DNA of 64,000 nt from Mobula hypostoma (taxonomy: Eukaryota), in the NCBI RefSeq assembly GCF_963921235.1, contig NC_086097.1, positions 156,552,001 through 156,616,000 on the forward strand, read 5' to 3'. The notes beneath the pieces are model-generated. The model saw nothing but the letters and a program-made list of their open reading frames with translations. It was not told the DNA's origin and searched no databases. Numbering within the stretch: the stretch's first letter is position 1; each line of letters begins with the position of its first letter. A program made the translations under genes and the position numbers. Positions 35,230 through 48,460 of the stretch are shown here, in pieces.

Positions 35230-35729
35230 GTAAGTGTCATGAATTTGTATGAAGATCCTCAGCATGTTCTTTGAACAAAGATACCGAGCAGCTTTGAATA
35301 ACAGCTTTATGATAATTGTTTCTTTATGAATACACTGAAAAATGAAGATTCCAATTGAAAGGCGTTCTAGTGTTAGCAATTATTTGGCCTATCATTCCTT
35401 TGCTAGCTAAATAGGCACATTTTTGTTTAATATGGCATTCCAATCAATAAGAGAAATAGTGGATCAGAGCAAGGCTCCTATCCGAAGCATTAACTGGTTT
35501 CTTTACCCTTCAACGTTGTTTGTTTGGCAGAGCTCTTCCAGCACCACTGATTTGTTACAGGTTTTCAGTATCTCCAGCTTTATTTCTGTCCCAGTTTCCA
35601 CTCATTAGTCCACAGCTTTGTTGGCACTTCAAGCACATATCCAGATACAAAGCACTGGAAGCATTGGCATTTTATCATCTTTCAGGAAGAGATCTGCATA
35701 TTCTGTCCTCTGCCTGTTCCCATTCCATA

Positions 35730-36625
35730 TTGCAGGAGTCTGCGAGGGGATTTTATAGATACATATAAAATCACGATGGCTATAGTCTGTGAATGGTCAT
35801 GGTTTTTCTCCAGTGTAGGGGAATTTAAAATTAGAGGGCATTGATTTAAGTCAGGAGAGGAAAATTTTAAAGAGACTTTGAATGCAACTTCTAACACACA
35901 GAGGATGGAGGGATATTGAAATGAACTGCCAGAAAAAGTGGTAGAAGCAGATATAATTACAAATTTTCATAGAGATTTGGACAGGTACCTGGATAGAAAT
36001 AGTTTAGGCATATAGGCTTCTTGGCTAAGGAAGTACACAAGTGTCTCTACTTCCTCAGGAGGCTAAAGAAATTTGGCACGTCCCCTTCGACCCTCACCAA
36101 TTCCTACAGGTGAACCATAGAAGGCATTCTATCAGATGCATCATGCTTGGTATGACAGCTGCTGTGCCCGAGTCCGCAAGGAACTGCAAAGAGTTGTGGA
36201 CACAGCTCAACACATCAGAAACTAGCCTTCCCCTCCACAGACCCTATCTGCACTTCCCGATAAAGCAGCTAACATAATCAAAGAGCCCTTCCACCCTAGA
36301 CATTATCCCTTCTCCACCCCATCCTCCCATTAGGTAGAATATACATAAAGCCGAAAGTAGGTAGCACTGGACTGAAGGACAGCTTCTACCCATTGTTTTA
36401 AGACTATTTACTGGTAACATAGTTCAATATAATGGACTCGTTACCTCACATTCCTTATAATCTTCCACTTTATTGTCTGTCTGCACTGCATTTCCCTGTA
36501 ACTGTGACACTTTATTCTGCATTCTGTTATTGTTTGTGCTTGTACTACCCTAATCCACTGATAGGATGAAATGATCTGTATGGGTGGCCTACAAAACAGC
36601 TTTTGTACATGTGACAATAATAAAA
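35730..36625 (+). mobile_element. CR1 3' fragment (about 35730-36020) followed by a Rex/Babar 3' fragment (about 36030-36625)
   Basis: CR1-like GAGGGCATTGATTTAAG...AACTGCCAGA; Rex-like CTCTACTTCCTCAGGAGGCTAAAGAAATTTGGC through ACATGTGACAATAATAAA. Confidence 0.7.
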
Positions 36626-38654
36626 CAACTTATATGCTCCCCAAGTTTAGGGTCCATGTCTCAGCAAGATTAACCAAAAATGTGTCATCTATATTTAATG
36701 TGAGGCAGACATATAAATAGAGTTTTAAAGCTATTACACCAAGCAATAGAAGTACCATGTCAGCAATTCAACTGTGGAGGTAAGATCAGTCACAACTTTC
36801 TATTTACTCCCTTGTAATTGTGCCACACTTTTCAAACATGACCAGCTTTTTTGAGCAATCCAGTCTGATTACCCTACTTAACCTATAATTCTCAATAATT
36901 TTAATCCTACTCTCATTTGGCTGAAGGACATCAAGTTGATCTCTAAATTATACCCTAAAGCCATTTACCTTTGTTTCTTGTTACATAAATGTTGTCTGAG
37001 CTGCTGAATATTCCCAGAATTTTCTGTCTGATTTCAAATTTCCAGCACCATTGTCCTCTTCTTTTCCACTTCTTGCTTAATTATTATCTTATTTTGAAGC
37101 AGAAGTGTCTCTTTTACCTTTCACTAACTCAGGTGCACTTTTTTATTTTTTCCCTTCAGAGTATGGATGATTAGAAGCCTGATTTTTTTTCTTAAATCTA
37201 TTAAATTGCTTTTGGTATAAATTTGGCACATGGAGGGAGAAGAAAATCATATGGGAAAATGGAAGCAAAACTTCAGCATTTATAATCTTCAAATTGATTT
37301 AAAAATGCAAAAAGAGCAGGGAAATTTTCCCTCATGTTCTCAATAGCCATTATACAACAAATGTAATCAAAGGAGACTGGCTGGCCAGTTTGTGCTGCTG
37401 TGTCTGGGACATTATTGTGTGAAAATTAGCAGTGATATCTAATGGTATATTAGCAGTGAAAACATATAAAACCATGAACTGGATATATGACCCGCAATAA
37501 GATCATGTCTGTTTATGTGCTTCAATTCACCTTCCTGCCTGAGCTTTCAAACCTAAATCTTCAATAATTCTTTTGATGTCAGTTTTGTATTTACTCAATA
37601 TCCAATCAGCTATTACACTTTTGGTGATAAATAAGATCAAAAATAACTTGCGTATAAATAAATTTCTCCTTATTTCACACCTGCCTGTGATCATGCTGGT
37701 TTCTTTTCTAGTTAGCTCCAAAATTATATGTGGTTCGGTGGGTCAATTAGCCACTGTAATTCCTAAAGTATAGGTGAGTGATTCTTGATTCAGTTGATGA
37801 GAATGCTGGGAAAATAAAAAAAGCAGGATTAATATGGATGAGTGGCTAATGCTCAACGTAGACAGTGTGCCGAAGGGTCTGTTTCTATACTATATCTCTC
37901 TATGACTCTGTGACTGCATGTCCGATCCCTTATCCAATGTCCCCTTATTCCAGACACTCAAGTGAAATGAAACAACTGCTTGGAATCCACCCATAGTGAA
38001 CTTCTCTCAGAATCCTATTACCCTCAATAAGAAAGAATATACAATTATTACAGATAATGGAGGCCAATCAGCCACTGAGTCTGTTCAACTGCTTAGCAAT
38101 GCCTGCTGTACTCACTTTATACTTATGACTGTGTGGTTAACCACAGCTCCCATGCCATACTTACGTTTGCTGCAACGCCACTGTTGTTGGCTGAATCGAA
38201 GATGGTGACAATTCAGCATATAGGATGGAGATTGAAAATCTGACTGAGTGGAGGCACAGCAACCTCTTACTCAATGTCAGCAACGCCAAGGGGCTGATAA
38301 TTGACCTCAAGAGGAGGAAACCAGAGGTCCACGAGCCAGTCCTAATCAGGGGATCAGAGGTAAAGAGTGTCAGCAACTTTAAATTCCTTGGTGCTATCAT
38401 TTCAGAGGATCTGTCCTAAGCCCAGCCTGTAAGTGCAATCATGAAGGAAGCACAGCAACACCTCTACTTCCTTAGATGTTTGCAAAGATTCAGCATGACA
38501 TCTAAAACTTTGACAAACTTCTATAGATATGTGGTAGACAGGTATGACAACCTCAATGCCATTGAACAGAAAATCCAATATAAAGAAGTGAATACAGCCC
38601 AGTCCATCACAGGTAAAGTTCTTACTATCACTGAGCACATCTACATGAAGCGTT

Positions 38655-41557
38655 ATGACAAAGGCAGGTTCTACAACACACCCAGTGGAGTCATCATCAG
38701 AGGGAATTAAAAATCCCGACCATTGTCATTGGAGAGTTTAATGCCAAAATAGACAGGGATAATGCAGAATACAAACAGGTGATGGGCACCATGGTCTTGG
38801 AGAAATGAACAAAAATGGGGAACAATTTAAGGAAACTTGTGCTAACTTCAAGCTAGTTATTTGGATGAAGCTTATACTGACACAAACAAATACACAAGGC
38901 AACACGGATGTCACAAACAAGGTAACAGAGAACTAGATGGACCACGTATGCATCTCAAAGAAGTTTTGAAGATCACTCCATGATGTAAGAGTAAAATGTG
39001 GTGCAAATGCAGGATCAGACCATCATCTTCTGATCACCAAAGTACAGACCTGGATGTCAATTGTGCCAATCCACCAAAGAAGGAAATCATACGGGTAATC
39101 AAGAAGCTAAAGTCAGGAAAAGCAGCTAGTCCAGACAGTGTACCACCAGAAACATTGAACGCAGACCCTATACACTTCGTTCTGCATCATCTGGGATAAA
39201 GAAGAGATGCCACTAGAGTGGAAGGAAAGTTGATGATTGAGCTTCCAAAGAAAAGTGACCTAAAAGACAGTTAAAACTATAGAGGTATATCCTTAATGTC
39301 TGTGGTTGGAAAGGTGTTAAACCAAATTATTCTGCAATGACTTTAACAAACTGTTGACACAACATTAAGGGACCGGCAGCAGGATTTAAGAAATATTGTT
39401 CCTGCACAGGTCAGAATAATCATTGAACAGTCAGTTGAATTAAATACCTCTATCTACATCAACTTCATCGACTACAAGAAGGCCTTTGATAGCTTAGACA
39501 GAGCACCCTTTGGAAACTTATGAAACATTATTAAATACCACAGAAATGTATCAATATAATCAGGAACTCCTTCAACAACATGCCATGCAAAGTCATACTT
39601 GCACGAAAACTGTCAGAAAGCTTCAGTATCAACATGGGGGTGCAGCGGATATGTTTGATGGCTCCTTTCCTATTCCTATCAGAAATAGACTGCATTATGA
39701 AACAGATAACAAGTGAAAAATAAAATGGAAACCAGTGGTCTATGTGATGACAAATGGTTAAGTTTGCAGATGCTATCACCCTACAGTCTAGCTCTAACTA
39801 ACAGATGCAAGAGGACTCAACATTCTTGACTACTAAATCCACCATGCTGGGTCTAAGACTAAATGTAGATAAAAACAAAAGTGATGAAGATAAACTGCAC
39901 AGGTAATAGACCCATAGTGATGAGAGATACAACCCTGGAAGAAGGGATTTCCTTTGTCTATCTTGGAAGCATTGTGAGTATATGTGATGGAATAGATGAG
40001 GATGTCAAAACCAGGATCAGTAAGGTCAGAGTAGTTTTCAGCATCTTGAAGAAAGTGTGGACATCCAAGGTCATATCAAGGAAATCCAAAATCAGAATCT
40101 TCAATTCAAATGTTAAAGTTCTCTAATAAGGCTTTGAAACCTGGAGAAGAACAAAGAAGAGACTACAAAAACTGCAGGCTAACCGGAAGACCACAATCTG
40201 TGTGGATTGCTGATAACATCTCCTCCTCGCCGATGATCAACACTGGTGCACCTCAACAGTGAGTGCTTAGCCCACTGCTCTACTCTCTCTACACCCTTGA
40301 TGTGTGGCTAGGCATAGCCCAAATACCATCTATAAATTGGCTGATGATACAACCATTGTTGATAGAGTCTCAAATGGAAATGGGAGCACATACAGGAGCA
40401 AGGTATGCCAACTAGTAGAGTGGTGTCACATCAAAAACCTTGCACTCAAAGTCAGTAAGACGAAAGAGCTGATTTGGACTTCAGGAAGGGTAAGATGAAC
40501 ACATACCAAGCCTCACAGAGGGATTAGAAGTGGAGAGAGTGAGCAGTTTCAAGTTCCTGCAGTTATAAAAAAAGGCAAGACAGCACCTATACTTCATTAG
40601 GAGTTTGAAGAAATTTGGTTTGTCAACAAATACACTCAAAAACTTCTATAGATGTACCATGGAGAGCATTGTGACAGGCTGCATCACTGTCTGGTATGGG
40701 AGGGGAGCTACCGCACAGGACCAAAAGAAGCTGCAGAGGGTTGTAAATTTAGTTGGCTCCATATTGGGTACTAGCGTACAAAGTACCTAGCCTAATCACA
40801 GGACATCTTCAAGGAGTGGAGTCTCAGAAAGGCAGCATCCATTATTAAGGACCTCCAGCACCCAGGGCATGCCCTTTTCTCACTGTTACCATCAGGTAGA
40901 AGGTACAGAAACCTGAAGGCACACACTCAGCGATTCAGGAACAGCTTCTTCCTCTCTGCCATCCGAATCCAAAATGGACATTAAACCCGTGAGCACTACG
41001 TCAGTTTTTTAATATATATTATTTCTGCTTTTTACACGATTTTTAATGTATTCAATATATGTGTACTGCAATTAATTAATTAATGTATTATTTTTATTAT
41101 TATTATTTCTTCTTCTATATTATGTATTACATTGAACTGCTGCTGCTAAGTTCAATGACACATGCCAATGATAATAAACGTGACTCTAATTCAACCAGTG
41201 CCTGAGAAGGATCTTGAACATCAGATGAACTGACAAAGTCACCAGCCAGGCACTGTAGGAAAACACCAACCAGGAACCCATAAAGATACAAATATGCAAA
41301 CAGAAATGGAGGTGGATTGGCCACATCTTGAGGAAGCCAACCAACAACATCCCAGGCAAACACTAAAATGGAATCACCAAAGAAAGAGGAAAAAGGGACT
41401 TCTGAAGAACACATGGAGGAGAGACACCTAGGCTGAAATTAAACGATGGGGACACTCCTGATCCACCCTTGAGAAACTGGTTAAGAACAGAGGATGATAG
41501 AGTCAAGGGGTCATTGATAGCGTCTGCTCCACTGGGAACGAAAGCCTCAAGAAGAAA
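38655..41557 (+). mobile_element. RTE-clade LINE, degraded, AAG-rich tail
   Basis: KKLKSGKAASPDSVPPE, SFVYLGSIVS and KIRIFNSNVK motifs; degenerate 12-bp TSD ACATGAAGCGTT (38643-38654) / ACATGGAGCATT (41558-41569). Confidence 0.8.
40180..41192 (+). mobile_element. Rex/Babar LINE 3' part nested in the RTE
   Basis: YKLADDTTIV and NFYRCTMESIVTGCITVWYG motifs; AATAAAC...TCTAATTC end. Confidence 0.85.
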
Positions 41558-41788
41558 ACATGGAGCATTGTCACAGGGAAGGAGCATCCATCATCAGGAA
41601 CCTCCAAGACCCAGGTCATGCTCTCTTCTTGCTGCTGCCATCAGGAAGAAGGTACAGGAGACTTAGTGGTCACACCATCAGGTTCAGGAACGGTGATTAC
41701 CCCTCAACCATCGGGCTCTTAAACCAGAGGGAATAACTTCACTTACCTTCACTAGTCCCATCACTGAACTGTTCCCACAACCTATGAG

Positions 41789-43345
41789 ATCCACAAACCT
41801 GCCTGTCCTGGCAGACCTATTGTCTCAGCTTGCTCCTGCCCCACCAAACTCATTTCTGCGTACCTCAACATGGTTTTATCCCCCCTTGTTCAATCCCTTC
41901 CTACCTATGTTTGTGACACTTCTCACGCTCTTAAACTTTTCGATGATTTTAAGTTTCCTGGCCCCCACCGCTTTATTTTCATCATGGATGTCCAGTCCCT
42001 ATATACTTCCATCCCCTATCAGGAAGGTCTCAAAGCTCTCCGCTTCTTTTTGGATTCCAGACCTAATCAGTCCCCCTCTATCACCACTCTGCTCCATCTA
42101 GCGGAATTAGTCCTTACTCGTAATAATTTCTCCTTTGGCTTCTCCCACTTCCTCCAAACTAAAGGTGTAGCTATGGGCACCCGTATGGGTCCTAGCTATG
42201 CCTGCCTTTTTGTTGGGTTTGTGGAACAATCTATGTTCCGTGCCTATTCTGGTATCTGTCCCCCACTTTTCCTTCGCTACATCGAACACTGCATTGGCGC
42301 TGCTTCCTGCATGCATGCTGAGTTCGTTGACTTTATTAACTTTGCCTCCAACTTTCACTCTGCCCTCAAGTTTACCTGGTCCATTTCCAACACCTCCCTC
42401 CCCTTTCTAGATCTTTCTGTCTCTGTCTCGGGAGACAGCTTATCCACTGATGTCTACTATAAGCCTACTGACTCTCACAGCTATCTGGACTATTCCTCTT
42501 CTCACCCTGTCTCCTGCAAAAATGCCATCCCCTTCTCGCAATTCCTCCATCTCTGCCGCATCTGCTCTCAGGATGAGGCTTTTCATTCCAGGACGAGGGA
42601 GATGTCCTCCTTTTTTAAAGAAAGGGGCTTCCCTTCCTCCACTATCAACTCTGCTCTCAAACGCATCTCCCCCATTTCACGTACACCTGCTCTCACTCCA
42701 ACCTCCCGCCACCCCACTAGGAATAGGGTTCCCCTGGTCCTCACCTACCACCCCACCAGCCTCCGGGTCCAACATATTATTCTCCGTAACTTCTGCCACC
42801 TCCAAGGGGATCCCACCACTAAGCACATCTTTCCCTCCCCCCATTTCTCTGCTTTCCGCAGAGATCGCTCCCTACACGACTCCCTTGTCCATTCGTCCCC
42901 CCCATCCCTCCCCACTGATCTCCCTCCTGGCACTTATCCTTGTAAGCGGAACAAGTGCTACACATGCCCTTACACTTCCTCCCTCATCACCATTCAGGGC
43001 CCCAGACAGTCCTTCCAGGTGAGACGACACTTCACCTGTGAGTCGACTGGGGTGATATACTGCATCTGGTGCTCCCGATGTGGCCTTCTATATATTGGCG
43101 ACACCCGACGCAGACTGGGAGATCGTTTTGCTGAACACCTACACTCTGTCCGCCAAAGAATGCAAAAGCTCCCAGTGGCCACACATTTTAATTCCACATC
43201 CCATTCCCATTCTGACATGTGTATCCATGGCCTCCTCTACTGTAAAGATGAAGCCACACTCAGGTTGGAGGAACAACACCTTATATTCCATCTGGGTAGC
43301 CTCCAAGCTGATGGCATGAACATCGACTTCTCCAACTTCCGCTAA
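41789..43345 (+). pseudogene. PLE RT/GIY-YIG polyprotein, N-terminally truncated but with an uninterrupted frame
   Basis: IHKPACPGRPIVS, MDVQSLYTSIP, GVAMGTRMGPSYA, RYIEH in place of RYIDD, LPFLD, VIYCIWCSRCGLLYIG. Confidence 0.92.
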
Positions 43346-43640
43346 TGCCCCACCTCCCCCTCGTACCCCATCCATTACTTATTTTTATACACACATTCTT
43401 TCTCTCACTCTCCTTTTTCTCCCTCTGTCCCTCTGACTATACCCCTTGCCCATCCTCTGGGTCCCCCCCCCCCTTTGTCTTTCTCCCTGGACCTCCTGTC
43501 CCATGATCCTCTCGTATCCCCTTTGCCAATCACCTGTCCAGCTCTTGGCTCCATCCCTCCCCCTCCTGTCTTCTCCTATCATTTTGGATCTCCCCCTCCC
43601 CCTTCCACTTTCAAATCTCTTACTAACTCTTCCTTCAGTT

Positions 43641-43676
43641 AGTCCTGACGAAGGTTCTCGGCCTGAAACGTCGACT
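43641..43676 (+). ncRNA. Minimal type I hammerhead ribozyme motif (PLE-associated)
   Basis: AGTC-CTGACGA-AGG/TTCTCGG/CCT-GAAA-CGTC-GACT: helix I AGTC/GACT, intact core boxes, palindromic ACGT at helix III. Confidence 0.8.
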
Positions 43677-43941
43677 GTACCTCTTCCTAGAGATGCTGCC
43701 TGGCCTGCTGCGTTCGCCAGCAACTTTGATGTGTGTTGCTTGAATTTCTAGCATCTACAGAATTTCTGTTGGTTGCCCACAACCTATGGACTCACTTTCA
43801 AGGTCTCTTCATCGCATGTTCTTGATACTTATTACTCATTATTATTTCTTTTTTTTCTTTTGAATTTGCACAGTTTGTTGTCTTTTGCACATTCATTGTT
43901 CGTCTGCCCTTTTGGGTGCGATCTTTCATTGATTCTGTTAC

Positions 43942-44838
43942 AGTTCAAAGGTTCAAAGGTTCATTTAATACCAGAGAATGTATGTAACCTGAAATTTGCA
44001 CTCTTCACAGGCATCCACGAAACAAGAACCCCATAGAATGAATGAAAGAATCATCAAAGCCCTGAAGTGCTCCCTTCCACTTCCCTTCACACAAGCAGCA
44101 GAAAAAGCATCGAACCCCTCAACCTACTCACATTAGCAGAAGCACCAACCCCACCCATGCCCCTACCATGCAAGCAATAGCAGAAGCCCCCCAAAGAGAC
44201 CTTGATCCAGAGTCCATCAAAATTGCAGTCCACAAACCAGCACTTTGGTATCTCAGACAGGCTCTCTCCATGAGGGAGAGAGGGGTCGCTCCTTCAAGAA
44301 TGAGAGCGGAGACCAGCAACTCACTGTTCTGATGTTACAATCTCTGTGTTGATTCTCCAAGCCCCCCCACCACCTCGAGGACCAGCTGGCTCTCACTCTC
44401 CATCAAAAGAGAGAGTGGGAGGAGTGGGGATTGCTCGAGTAGAGGGGCCTACCTCTGACAACAGCCAGCAATTAGCAAACACAATGCCTGCTGTCTCAGT
44501 GTTCCAGTCTCGATCTTTCAGTCTCCCACAAAATTTCAGTCAGTGAAATCGGTGAGGAACTGGGTCATCCACAGGACCACTCCCCAACCTCTGACCTCCC
44601 AGTTCAGAGAGCTTACAAATTCCTTGCCGTTCCTGAGACAGCAAAGTGTTAGGCCACACATTTAGTCCAAAAACCCAATGTTCGTGAAGAACCAGAGTCT
44701 GAAGTGTAGATCACGAATTCTGACAGAACCCCAGCCACCTTGAAAAGAAAAGGAAACCTAAGAGAAGAAAAATCTGTTCCATGGATGAACTGGAAGAAGC
44801 CGCATAGGCCGACAAAATCCGTTGGTGCCATCATCCTT
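43942..44838 (-). mobile_element. Non-coding retroelement with (TGAACCTT)n tail
   Basis: GTTCAAAGGTTCAAAGGTTCA at the left end; minus-strand 5' end GATGATGGCACC; interrupts the Rex 3'UTR. Confidence 0.65.
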
Positions 44839-45484
44839 TGGATTTATTGAGTATGCCTGCAAGAAAAGAAATGTCAGGGTTGTATATGGTGACATATACA
44901 TACTTTGATAATAATTTTACTTTAAGCTTTAAATTTTGAATAATGCTGATTGTCCTGGTCAACTGATTTTTTTCTTAAGCCCTTCAAATGATTCATTCTC
45001 AAGTATCCAGTGAACTCTCTTTTGATTCCAACTTGCTGATGCGCAATGAATTCCAGATCCTAGCTTCTCTCTGAGTGGAAAAAAATGTTTACTCAGAATT
45101 CCTTTGTATTTTTTGCCCCAAAATTTAAAACTTTGCCCCCTTTTGTTGAAGTAATCGCAACAGCTTCTCTCTTTCTATTTGCTTAACTTAGCTATGATTT
45201 TGTACAGCACTATCAGATCTTCTCTCAAACTGCCTTACTTCAATGAAGATAGTCTGAGCTGAAAAGTTCAACAATAAAATCTTTTCGTGGATTGTCATGT
45301 TCTTCTCAATCTATACTCAGTACACCAGATTTTACAGTTTTAGTGTAGCTTCTCTTCTTTTGTGCTCACAGTCACTCTCAAGGTTTTCTGTACATGTAAA
45401 TAGACTTTTTGTCAAAGTGTATCATTGTACATTTCTGTGCACTAAGTTCTACCAGTTATTACTCATTCAGTCAAACTTAACTAT

Positions 45485-45990
45485 CACCTTATATTCTGTC
45501 TGGGTAGCCTCCAACCTGACAGCATGGCATGGACATTGACTTCTCTAACTTCCGTTAATGTTCCTCCTCCCCCTCGTACCCCAACCGTTATTTATTTTAC
45601 AAATATATATATATATACATATACGCACACAGATATACGCACATTCTTTTTCTCTCTCTCCTTTTTCTCCCTCTGTCCCTCTCACTATACTCCTTGCCCA
45701 TCCTTTGGGCTTCACCCCTCCCCCTTTGTCTTTCTCCCCGGGCCTCCTGTCCCATGATCCTCTCATATCCCCTTTGCCAATCACCTGTCCAGCTCTTGGC
45801 TCCATCCCTCCCCCTCCTGTCTTCTCCTATCATTTTGGATCTCTCCCTCCCCCTCCCACTTTCAAATCTCTTACTAGCTCTTCTTTCAGTTAGTCCTGAC
45901 GAAGGGTCTCGGCCCGAAACGTCGACTGTACCTCTTCCTGGAGATGCTGCCTGGCCTGCTGTGTTCACCAGCAACTTTTATGTGTGTTGC
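45485..45990 (+). mobile_element. Penelope 3' end / pseudo-LTR fragment
   Basis: Closely similar to 43277-43740, including the ORF C-terminus and pyrimidine-rich UTR. Confidence 0.92.
45892..45927 (+). ncRNA. Minimal type I hammerhead ribozyme motif, second copy
   Basis: AGTC-CTGACGA-A-GGG/TCTCGG/CCC-GAAA-CGTC-GACT; predicted cleavage 3' of C45923. Confidence 0.82.
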
Positions 45991-46084
45991 TATCTAAGAC
46001 TTTGTGCAGTTTATCCACAGCTCATTTTTACTAAACAATTGTGAGTATATATTGGTCTTATTCAGTTATCTTGATTGCCAGTGG

Positions 46085-46310
46085 TAAGCACGGCACTAGT
46101 ATAGCTGGTGGGGGGGAATGGTGGGTGGGTTCAGAGTTCAGAGTTCACTTCCAGTGCTGGCTATATGGAGTTTTTACATCCTCCGACTGATGGGTTTCCT
46201 CCCTCAGCCCAGTTCTAGTTAGTAGGTTAACTGATCATTATAAACTGTCCTGTAATTAGGCTGGGGTTAAATAGGTGGGTTGCTGGACCAATATGATATA
46301 CTGTATTCTA
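46085..46310 (+). mobile_element. Degraded V-SINE-like SINE
   Basis: GGGTTTCCTCC...GTAGGTTAACTGATCATTATAAACTGTCC central domain, shared with 48180-48460. Confidence 0.6.
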
Positions 46311-48179
46311 AATTTTATTTTACCATATCTCTGTGCAACCAGTGCAGGATTCCATTACTTCTGTGCTCTAAACACCTTGCAACTGAATATTTAACTGGCT
46401 ACAAAATATATTAACATATGTAGCCAAAGGCAACAAAGAATGAAGTTGCATTTACATTGAGTCAGATGTGAAAATGTGTGGGTGAACTCTTTCATTTATT
46501 GCATTGGCATAATGACACTGACTCTTAATTGAGAACTTGTATTTAGATTTGGGTGGTGATGTTGAAGAAGCACAGAGAACTGCTCTAGCTGAAGCACACA
46601 TCAGTCATGATAGATTGGCGAAGGAGGGAATACAATTTAAAAGGGTGCATCAGTTTGCCTCCAGGTTGTTGAATGCTGAGTTGTGCTGCAACCAAATTTA
46701 TTTGGGAAAGTAAGGAACACTGCATCAGACTTGTGCCTTGCTGCAGAATACATCGTCAATGAAGAATGTTTTAAGCCACTGCATTAATATATCGATTCCA
46801 GTTGAGGTTCAGGTCAATTAATGTCTCCATGAAGTTAATGGAAGGTAAATGTTTGATGCTACATCACTGAACTTCAAGGAATAACGCAGTACATCCTCTG
46901 CACATGATTGGAGTGACAGCCTATATTTTGTGCCTTAAGTACATTTACATATTTGGACAGACAGTATGGCACAGCATTTGGATGAGGATGTCCTGTGCTA
47001 TCTATACCCTCTGTGGCTACTTTATTAGGTACCTCCAGGATCTAATAAAGTGGCCATTGAGTGTAAGTTTGTGGTCTTCTGCTGCTGTAGCTCTTCCACT
47101 TCAAGGTCCAATGTGCTGTGTGTTGTGTGCTCAGAGATGATCTTCTGCACTCCACTGTTGTAACATGTGATTATTTCAGTTACTCAAGGTACCTTTTCCC
47201 CCAGAGATGCCATACACTGGATGCTTTATTGGTTTTTTTCACACTATTCTCTGTAAAATTTAAAGACTTTGTATGTAAAAATGCAAGGAGTTCATTAGTT
47301 TCAAAAGATACTCAAACTATCCTGTCTGGCACCAACATTCATTCCACAAAGTCTTTTAGATCACATTTCTTCCCCATTCTGATGGCTTGGTCTAAACAAC
47401 AACTGAACCTCTTTCTTCTTCTTCTTCTTCCTCCAGTGATGATTAATGGTGGTTAGCAGTCCAACATAAGGTGCATTACCACCACCTACTGAGCATCATT
47501 GAAGCACACCAAACACTTTTCTTCCAGAAAATCTTCCACCACCACACCATTCACATTTGTATCAGTACAGCCCCACATAGTGCAATGAGCATTAAAATCT
47601 CCACATTATATAACCTTATATTTCCCATTTCCAATTTATAAAAAAATATTATTGGGTTCTTTACTTTTCTATTCATTCCCCAAATTTCAACCACAATTGA
47701 CTCATAAACAACTCCAATTTCCAAAACTCTATGTGCTATCCCATTTTTAACAAAGATAGCAATTCCTCCTCCATTACCCATTTTTTGATCACGTCTTATA
47801 TCAACCTAACCTTGTATTTTAAAACTTAGACAAAATTTCAGCCAGGTTTCCTGTACACATATAACATCAGGTTTATTTGGTAATTCTTCAACAAATTTCT
47901 AAAATTCTTGAACATTAGCAACCCAAATATCTAGCATTCGATTGTAAGATTAGAGAAGGCATTAACACCATTCCTTTGAAGTCTGGACATTATTTGCTCC
48001 TCCTTTTAAAGCATCATTAATAACTTCTCACATAGAGCCTCTGTGTATGATTTTTAACCCAACATGCTACACTTCCACAGGTTTCTTATTTTCAGGCCAC
48101 CCTGCATAAACAGAACCACGTTCTCTTTAGTCTAACACCTTCTCCACAACTGCCATTATCATGTTTTTTTTGTTTGTTC

Positions 48180-48460
48180 ATTTATTTACTTATTGAGATA
48201 CAGCACGGAATTAGCCCTTCGTGCTGTGCTGCCCAGTAACATCCGATATAGCCTAGCGTATTCACAAGGCAATTTACAATGACCAATTAACCTACCAACT
48301 TGTACATCATTGGACTGTGGGAGGAAACCAGAGCACCTGGAGGAAACCCACGCAGTCATTGGAAGAGTATACAAACTCGTTATAGAGAACAGCAGGAATC
48401 GAACCCGGGTTGCTGGTACTGTAAAGTGTTGTGCTAACCACTGCGCCACCATGCTATCCC
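48180..48460 (-). mobile_element. tRNA-derived V-SINE-like SINE
   Basis: Minus-strand A box TGGCGCAGTGG, B box GGTTCGATTCC, and core GCGTGGGTTTCCTCCAGGTGCTCTGGTTTCCTCCCACA. Confidence 0.85.

Larger units (their letters stand above)
41787..43775 (+). mobile_element. Penelope-like element, 5'-truncated, young
   Basis: 13-bp TSD CCCACAACCTATG at 41774-41786 and 43776-43788; RT plus GIY-YIG ORF; 3' pseudo-LTR with hammerhead. Confidence 0.95.
38100..44940 (+). mobile_element. Host Rex/Babar LINE split by RTE, Penelope and non-coding element insertions
   Basis: EIENLTEW...LNVSNAKGLIIDLKR and QQHLYFLRCLQRF motifs; resumes at 41558-41786, 43776-43941 and 44839-44940. Confidence 0.75.

Noticed and set aside
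43385..43751. ORFs in the Penelope 3' region (also 45545-46044)
   Set aside because: They are low-complexity purine/pyrimidine-skewed pseudo-LTR sequence that happens to lack stops.
48400..48460. tRNA gene
   Set aside because: The A and B boxes belong to a SINE head followed by the SINE core; no complete cloverleaf is evident.
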